Assembly (NCBI GenBank): GCA_905178155.1
Contig: CAJINV010000022.1
Location: forward strand, 124,001 to 188,000
Length of the DNA: 64,000 nt
Direction of reading: 5' to 3'
Origin: Amoebophrya sp. A120
Lineage: Eukaryota > Protista > Dinoflagellata
The position numbers were made by a program, and so were the translations under genes. Positions 60,547 to 64,000 of this stretch are shown piece after piece. The notes below the pieces were generated by a model. That model did no database searches. It saw only the letters and a program-made list of their open reading frames with translations, and was not told the DNA's origin. The first letter of the stretch is position 1. Every line of letters starts with the position of its first letter.

Positions 60547-63500
60547 ATGTCGCGGTTCCCTCCAGCAAAAAGTATTCCAAAATGGCTTTACCTGTGCGCG
60601 GTTACAATACAGCGGTCTGTCTTCTCCGCGGCGCCAGCTGCTGCCCCAGGAGCCATTCCTCAGACACCCTTTTCGCCAAATCCCCGCACAGGAGGAGGAA
60701 CGCGACGAGAGGACAGGGGAAAAGAAAAAGTCCAGTATCAATGTCGTGCCGCAGACCACGATTTTTCAGCTCTTTCTGGACAAATGGAAGCCATGTCAAT
60801 CGGAGGAAACGGAAAGGCAAGAGGACCAGAGGCTGCACAACATCCTCTCATCGAGTCCTTGAGAAGCATGTCGCTTGGATCTGGTGGAAAGACAGAAGCG
60901 AAAACTGCTACGCCGAGTTATATTGCATCATCGATGATACAACCCAGCAGTTGTTGCACCAGTGTGCAACACGACGCTAAGCCGGCTTCTCCCTTCCCCT
61001 GGCCGACCGAGTACCACGATGGATGGTGATGAGCTTTTCAACATGTCCAGAGACGTGCTCGAATTGGTGCGCAACCTGATTTTACAAGAGACGCACGCCA
61101 TTTTTTCCTGCGCGGCAGAAGGTCCTGGTTTTGTAGACAAGGCGTTGGCGTACGAGCGAACAATGCGGTCGGCGGTTTTGTCCAATTTGGAAAAAGTTAG
61201 CAGCCAGTCGTATCAGGGGAAGAGAAATATTAAGGGGATAGCACAGGAAAAGGACATGGATAGTATCAAGCGCCGAAAAGTTGCTGTGCTGTCAGCTGCA
61301 GAAGAAGGATATCAAACTCAACAACTCCTGGTGATCCGCGCCCGGTTGCTGGCCCTCCTTGTCTTCACCGACATCCGGCGGTTTATGTTTGAAACGGCAA
61401 AACATTGGTCAGACGAAACGCGGGAACAGTATCGCTGCCGAGAACCGTCGAAAGGACATTTGCTTGAGCTATTGCGGGAATTGACGAGGGAAGATGAAGC
61501 GATGACTAATCGTCCGGGGAATGCTAGCCGCGATACACCAAGGCCAATCATCAGCCAAATGTTGAATTTTCTCGCCGAGGAAGTGCGAGAGGTCGGGGAA
61601 AATCGAAACGCGAGCAACGGCGTGAAGCGGCTCGTAAGTGAGCAAGATGGTATTGATCACGTGCGGGCGGCAGCGTTGCGGGAGAAAGACAAAGAAGCTA
61701 CAACATGTTATCCACCGTCTTCAAGTAGTTCTTCTGCTGCAACGACCGCGTCCACGGCGGCGTCTTCTAATTCCGGTGGGTCAACATCTGCTGGCTCAGG
61801 CTCAGCATCCGTTGCTTCTTCACACCCTTCTGCACGAGCAGATACGATCACCTATGACGACTACATGGAAAAAACGTTGGAATACACAACCCGACAGCTC
61901 GGTGTAGCTTTTCGAAAATTCGCCTCAACCCCGATGCGGTGCGCTTTAGCGGGCTTGCGCTACCCGCATGAACTCCATGAAACAACAGTTGCAGTGTCAC
62001 CCGACCGAGCCTGGCTGTACCGGGTGCTTTGGGCGCTCACGCACTGCGCGCCAGCGAGAGTCGCGCAGGGGAAAACAGAGTATGACAAGCTGGTGCAGAA
62101 AACGGGTGGTCTGCCTTCGCCGGATGCGTACCGGTACGCCAAACTCGGGGCAGAAGTGGTGGACGACGAGGACGAGGACGATGATGATGCGCGTTTTCCT
62201 GACAAGGAGTTGAACAGATCCAAATCATTTTCAGCGTCATCCGGAGGAGCAAATAGAGCAATGACAGCATTCAATATCGCTGGTGGTCCAGCACTTGATG
62301 TTCCTCCCACAGAAATAACATCAAAAGAAGACCGCGCGAACATCAAGCACCACAACCACAAGCCACGTCTGAAGTTCAAAGTAGCTCCCCGATTTTGGAC
62401 CTTTCAATCAGAACCGCTTCCGCACTTTCACAGCAGGCTGGTGTTCGAGCTAGCAAGGGCTGACGCGGTGAAGCAGGCAAAGCTGAAAATGGAGAGAAGT
62501 AGTAGAAGCTGCCAACCGGGGAGCTGCAAACGAGGTGGAGTAAAAGGGGGTCTTTCCGATAGTTCGCGAGCACGTACTTCTAAAAGAAGAAGCCACGACG
62601 GGCAAGACGAAGACGACGATGTAGAAAAAAACGAGCCATTCCTGGTCAACACCCTGAAAGACGCGGTGCGGGGGATAAAGCTGAGGCCCGCACAATCGTC
62701 GACGTTCGTGGGCCCGCTGTGGATTAACTCTGCACAGCGCCAGGGTGAATCTCAGGAGCCAGCACAGGTAGAAAAGTTTATCACTGCAGCCCTGCAGAAC
62801 GACATTTCCTCTCGCCCCGAACAGGATCCGCGCCGCATGCAGCTGAAGAAAGCGCTGCAAAACATTCGGAACTTCTACGAGTCGGATTTTGGTGTGCCAC
62901 GAGAATTTTTACAGCCAACAGGAGGCCAACGCGACGCGGAGCAAGCATCTGCTACTTCAGCTCCACAAAAAACGAAGAAAGAAAAAGACTTTGAGATCAA
63001 CATGACTATCGACGCCAACTGCGTGAAAAAGCGGCTTGCCTGGTGGGATCGCTTACGCACGTTGGACGACGATTATAAGCGAGATCCCACCAGTGAAGAT
63101 TCGTCGGGAAATGAGAAAGACAACCTGGAGCAGCGGTTTTTGCGAGCCAAATTTGAACAGGAACAGGGAATCAAGCGAGGCAAGCGCATGATCCAGGCGA
63201 CCATTCGGCAACAGCAGGAAAATAATGGTGGTTCTCGCCGTCGACAGCGTCAGGTGGACGAGGACTTTTTATTGTCGCACCAGAGAACAACTACCACTGT
63301 GTTCGCCGCCGCGTTCTACCGAGACGACCGATCAGGCATTCGTGCGGTTTTGCTGCGAGCCTTGTTCCAGGTCGTAAAAGAGATACGCACCGGGATCACA
63401 GATAACATTGAGTGGGTCGGTATCCACTGCAAATCTGTCTGGGTCTGGAAGATGGGCGGGAAAGTTGTTTGTCATGCAAATTGTCCATGTTGGCCCGCGA

Positions 63501-64000
63501 TGCCTGTGAGACGACCTGCTCCAGCTTCACAGCTTTCGCGAAGGCTTGCCCATGGTCATGCCTATCCTGCACGAGAAAAATAAAATGCCATCTCCGAGGG
63601 GCAAAAATCTGAGTGCTTTTGTTGCTCATGTTGCAGAAGTACAGGTTTTTTTATGATCGACAGTTGGAGGAATCACAAATCCCATAATTCTACTTTCCCG
63701 ACCCAGACGTATGAGAAAAAGCAGCACTTGTATGCACATCCGAGAAAAGATTTCGAGACACAGAAGCGAATCGAAACAACAAGGATAGCATGCGTGAATG
63801 AATGAATGAATGACCCAGACGTATTTGCAATGCATAGGCGGCACGGAGCTACATAACGGAGCAGCACTTCGACGAAAAGTTTTTGCACAGATTGCCACAC
63901 TATCAAATGTAAAAATGTCTGGGTCTGGAAGAATGCGCGATTTGTCATGCAGCTTTTCCATGGCCCATGAGCCCAGGAATGCGGGACCTAGCATGACAGA
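60547..64000 (+). CDS. Lineage-specific protein (C..GLRYP family), 3'-truncated by the window
   Basis: 873-aa ORF 60962-63583, plus a probable first exon from ATG 60547 and exon 63842-63900. Confidence 0.7.
60919..60971. mobile_element. Possible minimal 53-bp introner
   Basis: TATATTGCA...TGCAACA; flanks CGAGT/CGACG; 58-nt removal fixes the frame offset between the two ORFs. Confidence 0.4.
63421..63836. mobile_element. Introner family B with nested insertion
   Basis: TSD GTCGG/GGCGG; TATCCACTGCAAATCTGTCTGGGTC...GACCCAGACGTATTTGCAATGCATA. Confidence 0.88.
63713..63811 (+). mobile_element. Short retroposon-like insertion
   Basis: 13-bp direct repeat GACCCAGACGTAT on both sides; (TGAA)4 at the 3' end. 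Confidence 0.55.
63901..64000. mobile_element. Introner family B, truncated by window end
   Basis: TATCAAATGTAAAAATGTCTGGGTCTGGAA. Confidence 0.85.

Noticed and set aside
5734-64000. Recurrent palindromic repeats as a CRISPR array
   Set aside because: They are dispersed inverted pairs with TSDs inside eukaryotic genes; there is no repeat-spacer periodicity and no cas gene.
1-64000. Alternative genetic code, readthrough or programmed frameshifting to explain the broken ORFs
   Set aside because: Stops and frame changes fall inside TIR/TSD-bounded elements; the exons are open in the standard code.

Overview
Compact eukaryotic genomic DNA, most consistent with the parasitic dinoflagellate Amoebophrya (Syndiniales). 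This is inferred from co-oriented genes and non-GT-AG introns with inverted repeats. All credible genes are on the + strand: an SNF2 (Rad54/ERCC6-like) ATPase, a multipass membrane protein with a WW-like motif, a TPR protein, and several lineage-specific low-complexity genes, one of which reconstructs to ~5,240 aa. The dominant feature is about 45 transposon-like introns (introners) in at least 8 families. Nearly all follow one rule: 5-bp target-site duplication (TSD) + TAT...ATA/ACA terminal inverted repeats (TIRs). Removing the element plus one TSD copy restores the reading frame, in either orientation and usually without GT-AG. Families with different TIRs share an internal GCAT(G/T/C)ACAA motif. 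Two larger relatives are present: a 1.19-kb intergenic element sharing its TIR with a 164-bp introner, and a 1.37-kb whole-length palindrome with an 8-bp TSD that also behaves as a frame-preserving intron. No transposase is recognisable in the window. Splicing is inferred from frame restoration only, and all coordinates were read by eye.
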